A stretch of 64,000 bases of DNA, from assembly GCA_964016885.1 (NCBI GenBank), contig OZ024745.1, forward strand, positions 113,584,001 through 113,648,000, in the 5' to 3' direction. The position numbers and the translations under genes are program-made. Shown piece after piece: positions 26,245 to 39,410 of this stretch. The stretch's first letter is position 1; each line of letters begins with the position of its first letter. The DNA comes from Eledone cirrhosa (lineage: Eukaryota). The notes beneath the pieces are model-generated. The model saw nothing but the letters and a program-made list of their open reading frames with translations. It was not told where the DNA came from and made no database searches.

Positions 26245-26471
26245 GTGTGACTGTGTGTGTGCGTGTGTGCGTGTGTGTGTGTGTGTGGGTATGTGTACGT
26301 ATACATTCTTACATTTATATATATATATATATATTAGAAAGTGAGGTTTTTTTTACAAAATGAAAAATAACCGAGGTGTCCTACACGAGTGGAAGTATAA
26401 AGAAAAAGGGTTGAAATCGAAAATGCAACTGAAGTCTTATTTTTTTTTTAAATATATATATTTATTTGGTT

Positions 26472-26509
26472 CCTTTACCGGTTTCGCAGTTCTTCTGCTT
26501 TTCAAAAGG
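26472..26509 (-). ncRNA. Degenerate minimal hammerhead-like motif
   Basis: CCTT-TTGAAAA-GCAG(AAGAA)CTGC-GAAA-CCGG-TA-AAGG: perfect stems I and II and palindrome ACCGGT, but two changes from the CUGANGA core. AATAAA downstream. Confidence 0.45.
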
Positions 26510-26587
26510 TGAGTTGAGATGGAGGGTCTGTGGTTTTTCTCACATCTTTTTCTCACATCTTTTTCTCACATCTTTTTCTCACATTTT

Positions 26588-26624
<37 letters not shown>

Positions 26625-27511
26625 ACGGTGCCCCGGCATGGCCTCAGCCTGTCGGCTGAAACACGTAATGGAGTAATAGAGTAATAGAGAGAAAGAAAGT
26701 GTAAGTCTTTGACAAAGAGAGGGGGAAATAAAGACTCAGTCTTGTTGTCAACTCAGACAAGCAGCTTCTAGTTGAGTTATGCTATACCACCTGGTTGAGA
26801 CACATGCAAATATTTTGTTTCGTATACCGACATGAGGTGGGGAATGTTGAATCGGTGGAAGCCGTAGTTTCTCAAATGTATTACTTTCCATTTTTGAAAA
26901 AGGTGGATTATTAGTTGAGGGAGATTTGTCAGTCAATTATAGCAAGTCGTGCGTACATAGAGGTCTGCTTCATTGCAGCACCTGTACATCTATTGATTAC
27001 GGGCCGGTCTTTGTGGATGTGAGAGGTGTAAACGTTGTCAAAGAATGACAGTTGCTATTCCTTGTTGGTAGCAGGCATTGATTTCCTACTCGCAATATCT
27101 TCTTTACATTCCAGCAGAAGGACAACAATAAATAACTTTTACCATTAGTGGCCAACGTTTACTTAAATTAATACTTATCTTGAATAAATAGAGTCGACGT
27201 GGCGGTACTAATATAATATGAGCAAATCAAAGAATATACTCATGATTAATATGATGGATGGTTAAATAACATGTTAACGCTGTATCCTTTTGGACAGTAT
27301 GTCCTTGATTTTCCAAAGTAACAGAAAATGCCAGGATAGAATTTTAAACGATCATCCATCAAAATAGCATTACGGAAATGCAAGTGATTTTGAGTTGTTT
27401 AAATTTCATTTCTAAATTCTCTATTATTTCAAGTCATTGTTGACTTTCACGTTTCTCTTTTTCTTCCTGTTACAGTTTTATTTGATTTGATTTTTATTAT
27501 TTGTTTGTCTT

Positions 27512-27728
27512 AGGGCGGTGGATTGGCAGTATCAATAGTGCATCGGACACCATGCTTCGCAGCATAGAGTTACGACCTTTTACATTCTGAGTTCAAATCC
27601 CACCGTAGTTAGCTTTGCCTTTCATCCTGACGGGGATCGATGAAATAAAGTATCAGTCACTCACTGGGGTCGATTTGATCGACTTTCCCCTCACCCAAAT
27701 TGTTGGTCTTGAGCCTAAATTAAAAATC
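27512..27728 (+). mobile_element. SINE family A (longer variant)
   Basis: Colinear with 12693-12906. Confidence 0.88.
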
Positions 27729-28927
27729 ATGTGTTTGTCTTCGTCTGTAAATGTTCGCATATGTATAATAAAAAGGTGTAACTTGATTGACTGATAAAGA
27801 AACATTATAAAAGACACAATATATCGTGATAGAAAAAGGAGTAAACGAAAATTTAGAGGGGCATTGAGTAAGAAAAAGGGACGAGGCGGAGAGGAAGGGG
27901 TACTGATAATTATTCTCGGGTTGGTGTTGAGATAAACATTAATCTTATTATAACAGGTGCCAAATCTATCCATATACCTCACCAATTCTGGCAATGTAAC
28001 TACATAGTTCTAAAATGTTTTCATTGGCGCTAAAATTGAGATTCCACTACTAACATTGTTATCTCTATCTATACATCTATATCCCTCTCTTTCTTGCTCA
28101 CTCACTTCTCTTTCTTTCTCGCCCTCCCACTCTCAATCTGTATATGTGTGTATGTCTATTATTAAGGATAAGGTTTTTAAAAAATAAGGTTTTTAAAAAA
28201 TAAGGTTTTTAAAAACATCCTCCTATGTGTGTATGTCTGCATTTATGTACAAACACGCACACAGATAAATATTTTTCGTTATTGGTACATTAAGTGACTA
28301 ATTTTCTGTAAATTACATTTTTTTTTATCTCGTTGTGTGTATGCGTGTATATTTTACATTATTTATAATCGAGAATATGAATAATTTCATTATGGAAATT
28401 TGAAGACTAAACGGGGAGAAATTCTCCCGCTCTTCCAATACTTATACATATGAATGTAAACAGTGAATTTTAAATGTTAACGGATTGCTTTTTTTCTCAC
28501 TTGTTTATGAGACTTCAATACTGTCATGTCGTCTGCCATGCATTACTAAACTTATAGGAATACAGCCTTGTTTCAAAGATATTTATCGCCGTCAGTACAT
28601 ACGTATGTCTGTATTAAAAGAACGAATGCATTCGATTTTCAACGGTATTCCATAATAAAAGTACTTACATTCTTGATTTTATTTTAGATATCGTTCCATT
28701 ATTCATCCTTTGCCTACGCCAGCCTCTTGGTCCGATACCTACCCCACTACACACTAATAATCGACATCAGAAGCAAGTAGGATCCTTCTTAGTAGAAATG
28801 AGAGTTACAAAGTCTGGCCAAGTATTAAGATTATAAACCGAATGTGCCTGCTTTGTTTGTATTACTGAGTTAGTTTTTATTGCTGATTACTACGATCACT
28901 TAATGAGAAATTCACTTACCGCTCCTT

Positions 28928-28960
<33 letters not shown>

Positions 28961-29515
28961 CTGTCTATCTCTCACTCACTCACTCTCTCTCTTTCTTTTT
29001 TCTTTCTTTCCCTCCTCCTTTCTCCCCCCCCCCCACCTCTCTCTGTGATATTTGTTTGTGTACGGGTGTGGAGGTCTTTGTTAATATATATATATATATA
29101 TTAAAATTCAAATGTTATTGAAAACAAAATAGTGAACTCAATGCATGTAGCGGAGAGAAATATTTATTGTTTTAAAGTATTTGTATTTAACAATTTCTTT
29201 CATAACGAATCTCTTACAGTAATCATCAGGTGCAATTATCTTGAGGAGGAGTTATTTTAGGCATTCAATAATCTCAAAAACTGTTACCTTCCTTTTACAG
29301 TTCCCCATTATAACTATGTCAGTGACCATATCACCAACAAAATGACAATTTTGACACTAAGAAGGAAATGACAAATGTTTTGTGTTTTTTAATGGCCCAA
29401 AACACATTTGATTCTATACTCTATCTCAGATCAAGTTACTCGCCACATAAGTACAACTGCAAAATCATATATTTTGATATTATTACACAACGACATGCAT
29501 ATATATACACACACT

Positions 29516-29610
<95 letters not shown>

Positions 29611-30280
29611 CATATATACAGGTGTCTGTGTATAAGAGTATATAGATTCACGTTCATGTGAGATCTTGGGCATTCTGAACGAATACAGTAGCACACTGAG
29701 ATCCATTATAATATCTGATATTAATTCATGAGATGATAAATTCACTATAACTACACTAACACAATATACAAAAGGAACAGAAAGAAGAGAAAGGATAAGA
29801 AAGCATTAGATTATCAGAATGGACAAAAGAAACAATATTTCCTTTGATCTTTCCATTGCTGACACAATCTACCGGTCGCAACACATGACAGAAATCGAGT
29901 TTGAACCCAATACGTACAGAAGTGCATCAGATGCCGCAAAACATCCAGTCCGCCTCTTTAATATTTCCACTAAACCACCACCCTTGAATTGGTGTATATT
30001 TGATCAGTACCATTAAAATAAATTTATTTACATATCGACCCCGATTGAATTTGAACTCATAAAGCGGTGAACAGAAGAAAGCATGGTTTGTCAACTCCCT
30101 AATGTCATTAATTTACTAACTACAGCACACACATATACGTAGATATTATATATATATATCTATGTATATATATATACATTTTATTAAGGATAAATAACCT
30201 ATTAATGACCTATAAATGACCTATTAAAACTCTACTTCGGTATTGAGTACTCTTTTCTCTCAGCCGTCAACCACATACCG

Positions 30281-30311
<31 letters not shown>

Positions 30312-30757
30312 ATATTTTTTGTATATTTTTCCTGTTTGCTTCTAATTATTCTTTATCTCCTTTTATTGAACCTTTTTTTATTTCTTCATTCATTTTTCTA
30401 ATAATCTAATTCATTTTGTTTTTCTGATACACGTGAACAGGTCCATTATAGAGAGAGCTGTCCCTTTTTGTTTATTCAGAAATAGTTTCCACTTAACCAA
30501 ATCTTTTGGGGTAAGGTTAATGAAAATGCGCTTGTGGGGTGGGGGGGGGGGGGGAGTTATTTTCAGAAGAATGATAGTGCAAAAAGAAGTAGGTGATACT
30601 TCCTTTGTGTTCAAAACAAAATTATTTGTTGTGGAAGGCGGTCGGTGGTTTGTCGATATGTAATCAACCAGTTTGAACGTCTTTGAAACTAATTATTATA
30701 TTAAAAGATAATTATTATATTAAAAGATAATATTATATTGAAAAGATTCTATAATTG

Positions 30758-30806
<49 letters not shown>

Positions 30807-31721
30807 GTGCCTGTGTTGTGTGTGTTGTATATGTGTGCGTGCGTGTGAGTATATGTGTGAGTATGCATAAGTATATATAAAAATAAATGCATATGTGTTT
30901 GTGTGTGTGTGCGTGTGTGTGCATGTATGTACTATGTATGTACGTATGTACGTATGTATGTATGTCCGTGTATATGCGTACGTTTATGTATTATGTAAGC
31001 AATGCTTCCAGACAAAATTATTATTATTATTTGTACAAAGTTTACTATTATTATTATTATTAAATTCAAGCTTGCTTTAATTATTGAAAATGGGAAAATA
31101 CATTTTAAATATATTTTCGGCATATTTATTTTGTGCTTTTAAAAAATATTTTATGTCTTCTCAAGAAATTTGACTTTGGTTTATTAACTCACTACTCTGA
31201 TACTTTCTGAATTCTATATTTTCTGGTACCTTGATAATTATTTATAGTAATTACGTGACTGCAATGATTTTAGTGAATATGTGATTGCTCTTGGGGTTCA
31301 GAATGTAAATATCACTCACGTAGGCTGTGTAACACATACGATTTAACAACATTCCAACAAATAATAAACTACTTACTATTTGCCATCTCCATAAATTAAC
31401 TAGTCTATATATATAATACTCTTATTTATACGAATGAGCTGGAAAATTGACCGTGAATATGACAAAAACTATATAATAACCATAATGGCAAAAACTCTTG
31501 ATATATTTATTCAGGTTGAAATGTGATGTGATGTGATTGGATGGGATGGCGTTCCTTAACACTCGTTGCACATTGCAGAGTTTTGAGGAACATGATGATA
31601 TTTTAAATATTCCATTTATTGAACATAAAGAATGAAATAAACAAAGCTTTTCAATAGTGTTGAACTGTTATTGTTCTTTTATTTGCGTTGTTATTATTAT
31701 TTTTATTATCATTATTATTAT

Positions 31722-31886
31722 CGGTAGAGCGTCAGACACCATGCTTTGCAGCATAGAGTGATGACCCTTTACGTTCTGAGTTCAAATCCGCCGAGGTTAA
31801 CTTTGCCTTTTATCCTTAGGGGGTCGATAAAATAAAGCACCAGTAATGCAATGGAATAATTGCTGGCCTTGTGCTAAAAGTAGAAA

Positions 31887-31888
<2 letters not shown>
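31722..31888 (+). mobile_element. SINE family A followed by (ATT)n
   Basis: Colinear with other copies; the tail runs into (ATT)n at 31887-31940. Confidence 0.88.
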
Positions 31889-31938
<50 letters not shown>

Positions 31939-31941
<3 letters not shown>

Positions 31942-32535
31942 GGCGTCTTACTTAAGAAGACGTTTTATTATGAGCTCCGAAGGTTGTTTTTGAGTTGTTT
32001 TGAATTGCTATTTGTGGAAAATATTTGTTGTTAACTGTTGATAAGTTCATATATATTGCTTTCTAAAAAGGATACACCACCACCACCACCACAACAACTG
32101 AAACAAGAAACAAAATTAAAACCAACACATACAACCGCGAGAACATACAAAATAAGAACATAGATACTAACAACCACACCACCAACAATGCAATAATAAA
32201 TATAACAGAAGCAAACATTAAAAATAACAGCGCAAAAACGACAATGCAAATGGCAACAACAATAACATAAACAACAACAACAACAATAGCAGCGCAAGAC
32301 CAAAAGTTTCTTTTACGAGAGCTGCAAACAAAAATCAAACGGTCACTGTAACCCACCAGGAAATGGATGAGGCCAGGCCAATGGATAAATAAAAATTGAT
32401 GCAGGATCAGCCTCACTCCTTCATCAAACATCATGGAAGACCGGCAGCTATGTACGGTATCATGCCATACAATTTACACAAAAACACCTCGGGTGGAGCG
32501 TGCATCGGAGGGCAGGGGCAAATAAACAATAAAAC
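31939..32535 (+). mobile_element. Tx1-like 5' end or internally deleted derivative after (ATT)n
   Basis: Starts TTGGCGTCTTACTTAAGAAGACG...GAGCTCC like 43078. An A/C-rich ORF1 start ending VSFTRAA recalls VSFAEAA at ~43572. Confidence 0.55.
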
Positions 32536-32751
32536 TTTCATTAGAGTAATCGACATATCGACTGACTTCTAACCCTCGCAGTATGTAAAGAACTATGAAT
32601 TAACATTATTCCGTGATAAATTGTTATTCACTTTGTCCTTATCTTTTTCTTTTGTTTTATTAATTTTAGGTACGAAATTTTTCTTGGTATTTCCATAAAT
32701 ATTCGAGCTTTAACCCACCATATGATCAATTTCATATAATTAGTATAAAAG

Positions 32752-32859
<108 letters not shown>

Positions 32860-33221
32860 TACTTATGAGATTGACTTGTTAAGTCTATTATTCTTTGAAA
32901 AAATTAATGTTTGTAGATCTACATGTAATGCGTGCTATTTAGAGATAATTTTTTATCGATTCCTAATCAGATGCATTTATCTACCAGTGATTCACTCTAT
33001 TAACCCCAGGAGAGCATGTATAAAATATGAGGAACGCTGGAATTCGAGTGGGAAATTCGTCGTCCATGAAATATGTAGCAATTTTTCAATTGTCACAATG
33101 TGGAATTATGGCGATATCTAATTTGTACTAAGATGGAATAGATGAATTTGAGATAAGATTCATATACATAGACACATCCCTCTGTTGACGAACGGATATT
33201 ATAATTCCTCACACTAGCTCT

Positions 33222-33444
33222 GAAGGCGTGTGGCTGAGTGGTTAGAGAATTGGATTCGCAATCGTAAGGTTGTGAGTTCGATTCCTGGACCAGGCGATGC
33301 GTTATGTCCTTGAGCAAGACACTTTATTTCACGTTGCTCCTTCTACCTGGAGTTGCGACCGATAGATAGTATTAGCAATTGGAAAGACCAACGGAAACAT
33401 TGTTCCCTCGGTCCGATTTGACGAATGTCGATCGTTCCTAACTA
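33222..33444 (+). mobile_element. tRNA-derived SINE family B with TSD
   Basis: TSD ACACTAGCTCT at 33211-33221 and 33445-33455; short CTAA tail. Confidence 0.93.
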
Positions 33445-33977
33445 ACACTAGCTCTATTAAATTGATCAGTTGCAACAACGTAACTTCGTAAAGTTCTCTA
33501 TAAATGTTGTTCATGTTGTGAGATTTATAGTCAGGAAAATTAGTAATGCGATAATAACTATAAAATAAGGAGCAGAAATATCATTTCTTTTTTCCTTTTT
33601 TCAAAATTCAGGTTTAACATATAATACTACGAACAAATAGTAGCAGAGAATCATTAGTGTTTCCCTGCAGCTTGTAATGAAGAATACCGACGAAAGCGCA
33701 AGGAAACTAGTGGTGGTCGGTGTCGACAAAATTCATTTAGTACAGTTTCTACATTTTGATAAGTTGGTATGAAGCTGGAAGACAAAACTCCTGCTAAGAA
33801 AATGATTAAAGCATTAGAATGTCTAGATATAAAATGTTTGAACTTGTCTGAAAGTTTATCACAAATAAAATTAAATATAAAAATAAATACACTAATGCAT
33901 AAATAATACAGAGCGTTTTTCTGCTAGTTTACACCATAGATTTCTATAAAATAAATCTCGAATTATTATTATTGCCA

Positions 33978-34292
33978 CTAGCAGAAAAACCACCGTTCGG
34001 GTGGTTTTCTGCTAGCATTTGTAGTGTGTATATTGATATTATACGCAAGTATATATACATGTAGATATGATACATCAAATAAAATCGTAATTGACAATAT
34101 AAACAGAAATTGAACGAAGACGTTGTTACACTGTCTTATGTAATCAGTAACGTAATCCATGATACATTAAAAAAAGACGATATTATATATAAACAGCATT
34201 AGGAGAAAATTAGTGACAGAAAATTAGTATGTTTATTTAAGTGATCGCCACCGGAAGTGTTGACATCACTCACTCTATCTTTCTATATATAC
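33978..34292 (-). mobile_element. Possible non-autonomous Helitron-like element
   Basis: Hairpin ending CTAG at 33978-34015, and ATATATAGAAAGATAGAGTGAGTGA at the other end, resembling Helitron 5' ends. Confidence 0.35.
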
Positions 34293-34427
34293 GGTAGTTG
34301 AAGTGGTAGTGGTTGCAACGATATACCGGAAGTGCAACTTTGAAAAGCAGTCAATTTTAAATTATTTATTTTTACGAAATTATTTTTGTTTACGAAATTG
34401 AGTAGATAAATTATGTAATATTCATTC

Positions 34428-34927
34428 ATTATTTATTCAAAGTCGATAAAATAAAGTACCAGTAATGTACTGGGTAATTGCTGGCCTTGTGCCTAAAGTA
34501 GAAACAATTATTTATTCAAAGGTGGTGAATTGGCAGTATCGATAAAGGGTCGGACGCCATGCTTTCTAGCATTTACGGTTTGAGTTCAAATCCCGTCGAG
34601 ATTAACTTTGCCTTTCATCCTTACGGGGTCGATAAAATAAAGTACCAGTAATGTACTGGGCAATTGCTGGCCTTGTGCCAAAAGTAGAAACAATTATTTA
34701 TTCAAAGTACTCCAACTTATTTTATTAACGGGATAAAAAAAATAATAAACCGTACACAATCCCGCAGACCTTCCTTTATTATAGTTTAGATTATCGTCCC
34801 TTTACGATCTGAGTTCAAATCCCGCCGAGGTTGACTTTGCCTTTCATCCTTACGGGGTCGATAAAATAAAGTACCAGTAATGAACTGGGTAATTGCTGGC
34901 CTTGTGCCTAAAGTAGAAACAATTATT
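34428..34927 (+). mobile_element. Cluster of three SINE family A copies (34443-34506, 34522-34692, 34796-34927)
   Basis: Three family A tails. The first two are bracketed by three copies of ATTATTTATTCAAAG. Confidence 0.9.
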
Positions 34928-35254
34928 TTGTTTGTTTTCTTTTTTTTTCTAACTTGCATCTTTTGCGTCACTCGAAGATAGCAGAATATGAGTTGCAAGC
35001 AATAAACATGTCATCACTATCATTATTGTCATCATCGTCTTCGTCGACGGCGTTGGCGTCGTCATCATCATCTTCATTAACATTATCATCATTACCACTT
35101 TAGCCATCATCCCCTTCATCATCATCGCAGCATAGAACGAAATCATATTCAATATAATGTAGATACAAAATATCATGTAAATCGTTACAGCACATAAAAA
35201 CAAGATGGTGGAGACACAAAATAAGAAATCAGTCACTGATGAGGTCACAGATCA

Positions 35255-35712
35255 TCTATATATCTAAAACAGAGAATGTATGTATATCTGTCTGACTCCC
35301 TAAAACTCAAGAACCACCCAACCGATTGTTTTTTCAATTTCAAATTTTCGATGCTCTAGGGACCGCATTAGGCGATTTAACGATCTCTCTCTATAATTCT
35401 AAGTCTTTCTTTTTAGATATATACATAGATATAACGTAGCGCCCTTATAATATCTGTCTGTATGTCTGGCTGTCTGCATACGACATTATGATCCTATATG
35501 TGTGTGTATATATGTATATATAGTGTGTATATATAGTGTGTGTATATATACAGTGTGTAACATTTTTCGAAATATTTACTTCTGCATTGACAGATTGATT
35601 TTTTTAGTTTCAGAAGATCCCGTTAAGGGTGAAAGCAGCTATTCTTTGCTTAAACTTTCATCTGTTACTTTAATATACACTAGCAGAATGGCCCGGCGTT
35701 TCTCGGGATTTG
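35255..35712. mobile_element. Helitron-like terminal fragments
   Basis: TCTATATATCTAAAACAGAGAATGT..CTGTCTG...CAACCGATT (5'-end-like, + strand), and minus-strand CCCGAGAAACGCCGGG..CTGCTAGT (hairpin plus CTAG 3' end) at 35679-35712. Confidence 0.5.
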
Positions 35713-35825
35713 CTCTAGGGTTCTTATATATTTGATATATATTTATCCTCATCGAGCCTCGTGAAATAAATATGTTTGTTTATATTTTGTTATTGTGTAT
35801 GCAAAAATATCTGTACACAAATATA

Positions 35826-35880
<55 letters not shown>

Positions 35881-35882
<2 letters not shown>

Positions 35883-36331
35883 CTCAAGCCGTTTCGGAGG
35901 CTAATTCTGGAGAATTAGCCGTCGAAACGGCTTGAGCTCAGCCGTCGGGGTCTTACTTGTTCCTATTACCCACTCTACTACCCTAAGTATTGAGTACTTT
36001 GGTGCGTTATGGTCCACCTAGTTCCTTACCACATTTCCTTCGTTATCTAGCTCCTATCCCCGTAGTAGAGCACTTTCCGACCTTACCACGCCGTATCCAG
36101 TCTTTTCCGCAAAGCTCATTTTCTTTCACCCGCACCATGCGAAAACACAACATCGACTTCTCTACCAAGAACATCCCAATCCCACCGAAAAAACTCTCCA
36201 GAATTAGCCGTCGAAACGGCTTGAGCTCAGCCGTCGGGCTCTTACTTGTTCCTATTACCCACTCTACTACCCTAAGTATTGAGTACTTTGGTGCGTTATG
36301 GTCCACCTGGTTCCTTACCATATTTCCTTCG

Positions 36332-36335
<4 letters not shown>
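35881..36335 (+). mobile_element. Penelope-like terminal structure: partial tandem pLTR, ORF start and inverted 5' piece
   Basis: Direct repeats at 35911-36046 and 36200-36335. Between them ATG 36137 begins MRKHNIDFSTKNIPIPPKK, resembling the 'YS.KNIPIP' N-terminus of many Penelope ORFs. Inverted segment at the left end. Flanked by (TA)n. Confidence 0.7.
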
Positions 36336-36382
<47 letters not shown>

Positions 36383-36491
36383 TGCCAATGTACAACTCAA
36401 CGTAAATACATAAAGTTAGACACAAAGAACCTCCTCAGTGTCAAATAACAAGACATCTCTGAGTATATAAAATTGAAGGTAAATTAAACTA

Positions 36492-37027
36492 GCACGCCGC
36501 CAGTTACAACAACGAGTATTCCAGTTGATAGAACAAGGGCAGAGCCTGTTCATGAAATTAACGTTCAAGTGACTCAGCATTCCATAGACACTCATGCCCT
36601 TAACGTAGTTCTCAGGGAGATTAGGTGTAACACAGAATAGAAAAAGGCTGAACCTTCGAATTACAGCTGCAACTTATTTTTGCCAGCTGTAAGCAACACA
36701 TTTTTGCCAGCACTGGAGCAACATGAAATAATTGTTTCTACTTTTGGCACAAGGAGAGCAATTAACCAGTGCATTACTGGTACTTTATTTTATCGACCCC
36801 GTAAGGATGAAAAGCAAAGTTAACCTCAGCGGGATTTGAACTCAGATCATAGAGGGTCGTAACTCTTTGCTGCAAAGTATGGCGTCCGACCCTCTACCGA
36901 TACTGCCAATCCACCGCAACATGAAATAATGTTCCCTGCTTAAGGACACAATGCTCCACCAGGAATCGAACTTATGACCTTCCGATCATGAGGTAAATAT
37001 CCTTACCATTATGCCACTAGCCTTCAC
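36492..37027 (-). mobile_element. Older tRNA-derived SINE (family C; head and core shared with family B)
   Basis: Minus-strand head GAAGGCTAGTGGCATAATGGTAAG...AGTTCGATTCCTGG...TGTGTCCTTAAGCAGGGAACATTATTTCATGTTGC, interrupted by the family A copy, then a different 3' body. Confidence 0.75.
36730..36917 (-). mobile_element. SINE family A nested in an older SINE
   Basis: Full-length copy. TSD GCAACATGAAATAAT at 36718-36732 and 36916-36930. Confidence 0.92.
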
Positions 37028-37124
37028 AAAATATAGAAGATAGGCTGTCAATATCTCCTATTTGTTTTCGAATCAAATACACTGTAAACTGGACAGAGTA
37101 ATATTTATATGAAATGCAGTTGTT

Positions 37125-37548
37125 TTGTTTAATTCAGGTCAGCCGTGCTCAAGCAAATCCATGATCACTCCATTCTATTTTCAGACAATGTTACCAGGAC
37201 TACTTTCCAATCTGCCTTTTTTCTTTCTTCATTTGATGGCAGCATGTGATTTAAGGAGGATTCGGCTATTATTTCTACAAGATCAAACAATCCCATAGAA
37301 GCAATGATTCCAGATGGTACGTACATGAAGCTCCTTTCAAGTCAATTGGAAATGCTCTACGTGGTCACTCGCTTTCTAGAAAAACAGTCAGATTGACAAC
37401 AAATCGAACACTACTGTATTCAAACCAGAAAGTAACATTTGGCATTGTAATTCCAACTACATTTTGTCTGGAGATAAAATGGAATGAAAACAGGTGGAAT
37501 GTCTCTGATCATAGGTTTATTTGATCAGAGTTGAACTTCGAAGCTAGA
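37125..37548. mobile_element. Degenerate MITE-like element
   Basis: ~50-bp imperfect inverted termini: CAGGTCAGCCGTGCTCAAGCAAATCCATGATCA versus TGATCATAGGTTTATTTGATCAGAGTTGAACT. Confidence 0.35.
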
Positions 37549-39192
37549 TAATTGTTTCTATATATGACACAAGGCCTGTAGTTTAAAGGCAAGATGAAGC
37601 TCGATACTGCCAATCCACTCCTCTTCCGAGACTAAATAATAATACCAACAGCAATAATTTTCTTGGTGCTAGGTGAACTACCTTTAAGTAATGTTATAAA
37701 GTAATGATATTTGACAGTTTAAAACACTTCGTAGAATCGAACCAAAAGATAAATCCCCGCGGAATGCTCTTTATTTTAATGGTTAACACGGCTGACATCT
37801 CTCACATGCAATTTTCTATTAATATTCCAAATGTGGGAACACTGTAGTTTCCATACTAGATTCAATTGCACTTAGAGATATTTACGAAAGTAGATTTTCC
37901 AGGAATGCGGTATATACTAATGAAAAAAATACATCTTCGTCGACTACATGTTAACAGTTTACATAATAGTAAAAATGCATTGGGACAATACCACAGAATG
38001 AACTAAAACTATATTACTGAAATGTATCTTATCGACGTTTAGATCAATAAAAGGCAAAACCTACGCTGTGAGATTTTAATTAGGTATTTAAAGGGCTGCA
38101 ACTAAGTATATTCTTTTGGATCACTATCGATTCTGATGTCCTAATACGAATTATATCATATATTTTACAAGGTTATAAATTTGAATAGCATTTTGAGTTC
38201 TGAAGGTGTAGAGGTGTTAACATCTATTGTTATTTATTACATTGGATCTATAAATTATGCACTTGTTTCACCAGATAATATATTATGTAATCAATTATGT
38301 ATATGTAAACATACTTAGTCATGCTCTGGAAAGTGTTTTGTCAAGACAACATGATTAGCCCCAGTTGCTTTTTATAAAACAATACAGTACTCTCTACTTC
38401 ACAGAATGGGTTGCAGTTAAATAAAAAAGAATGTGATGTTAGTATAATAAGAAAAAATATTCAAAATCTTAATAGTTTATTTCTTGATTTCCCGTACACC
38501 TTAAATTGGATTTTACTTTCGACAGTAAATTCTAGGTGAATGTAGTTTTAATTCAATTACATCAGCATCTAAGATCATTAGCTATTAGTACCAGTAAGTA
38601 ACTGGTAGTGAATTATTCATTGATCTTTACAGCTGAATAGATCAACAAGCTCAATATTTCAAAGAATAATTTTATCTTTTTTTAGTTTTATTTTAAAATA
38701 TTTTATGATCAAAGACATTATTCGACGCAAATGTGCAGTTCCAATATGTAGAATCACGGAAGATGTGTCAGCATTTTATATCCAGTCACCAGATCTGCAC
38801 AGTATTCTTGAACAGCCTACTTAAGCTCCCTGAACGGCTATCATAATGGGTTGGAGTTTATTGCTGTAGGCAATGATTGGTTTCTTTGACTTGAGATGAA
38901 CTCAAGCACTACAGAACGTGTGTAACTTCAAGAGCACACCCGTTTGATGAATAGAATGGATTAGTAAAACCCCAGTATCTATATAGTTATCTCACACAAT
39001 TAATTAAAAAATATAACTTGATTAATTTAATAAATAATATATCTCTTAAAATTTGAATCAATTTTTCAACTGATATTCAAAGCCGATGTTTAATCAGTAA
39101 AGAACGAAATACAGTAACGAATCAAGAAAAACCTAATTTCCTATTTAATACGTAAACCTGTAAAACGCATTTTAATTATTTATAAGTAATGG

Positions 39193-39410
39193 ATGGTGTG
39201 TTTGGCAGAATTGTTAGACTATTGGATATAATGTAATTGTGGTATTTGTTCTGGTTCATTATACTCTGAGTTCACCTCCTACGGAGATCAGTTATGCCTT
39301 TCATCCTCACTGGGTCTATAAAATAAAATACCAGTCAAGTACTGAGGCTTATTTAATTAACTTTGCCTTTCCCCAAATTGTCTGGCCTTGTGCTTAAAAC
39401 AGAAGTCAAT
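39193..39410 (+). mobile_element. Old, diverged SINE family A copy
   Basis: TTGGCAGAAT..CTGAGTTCA..GCCTTTCATCC..AAAATACCAG..CTGGCCTTGTGC. Further remnants at ~29890-30060, 37550-37620, 38020-38130 and 46716-46830. Confidence 0.7.

Noticed and set aside
26748-27130. Possible exon in a unique-looking segment
   Set aside because: Frames examined hit stops within ~60 codons and no motif was recognised.
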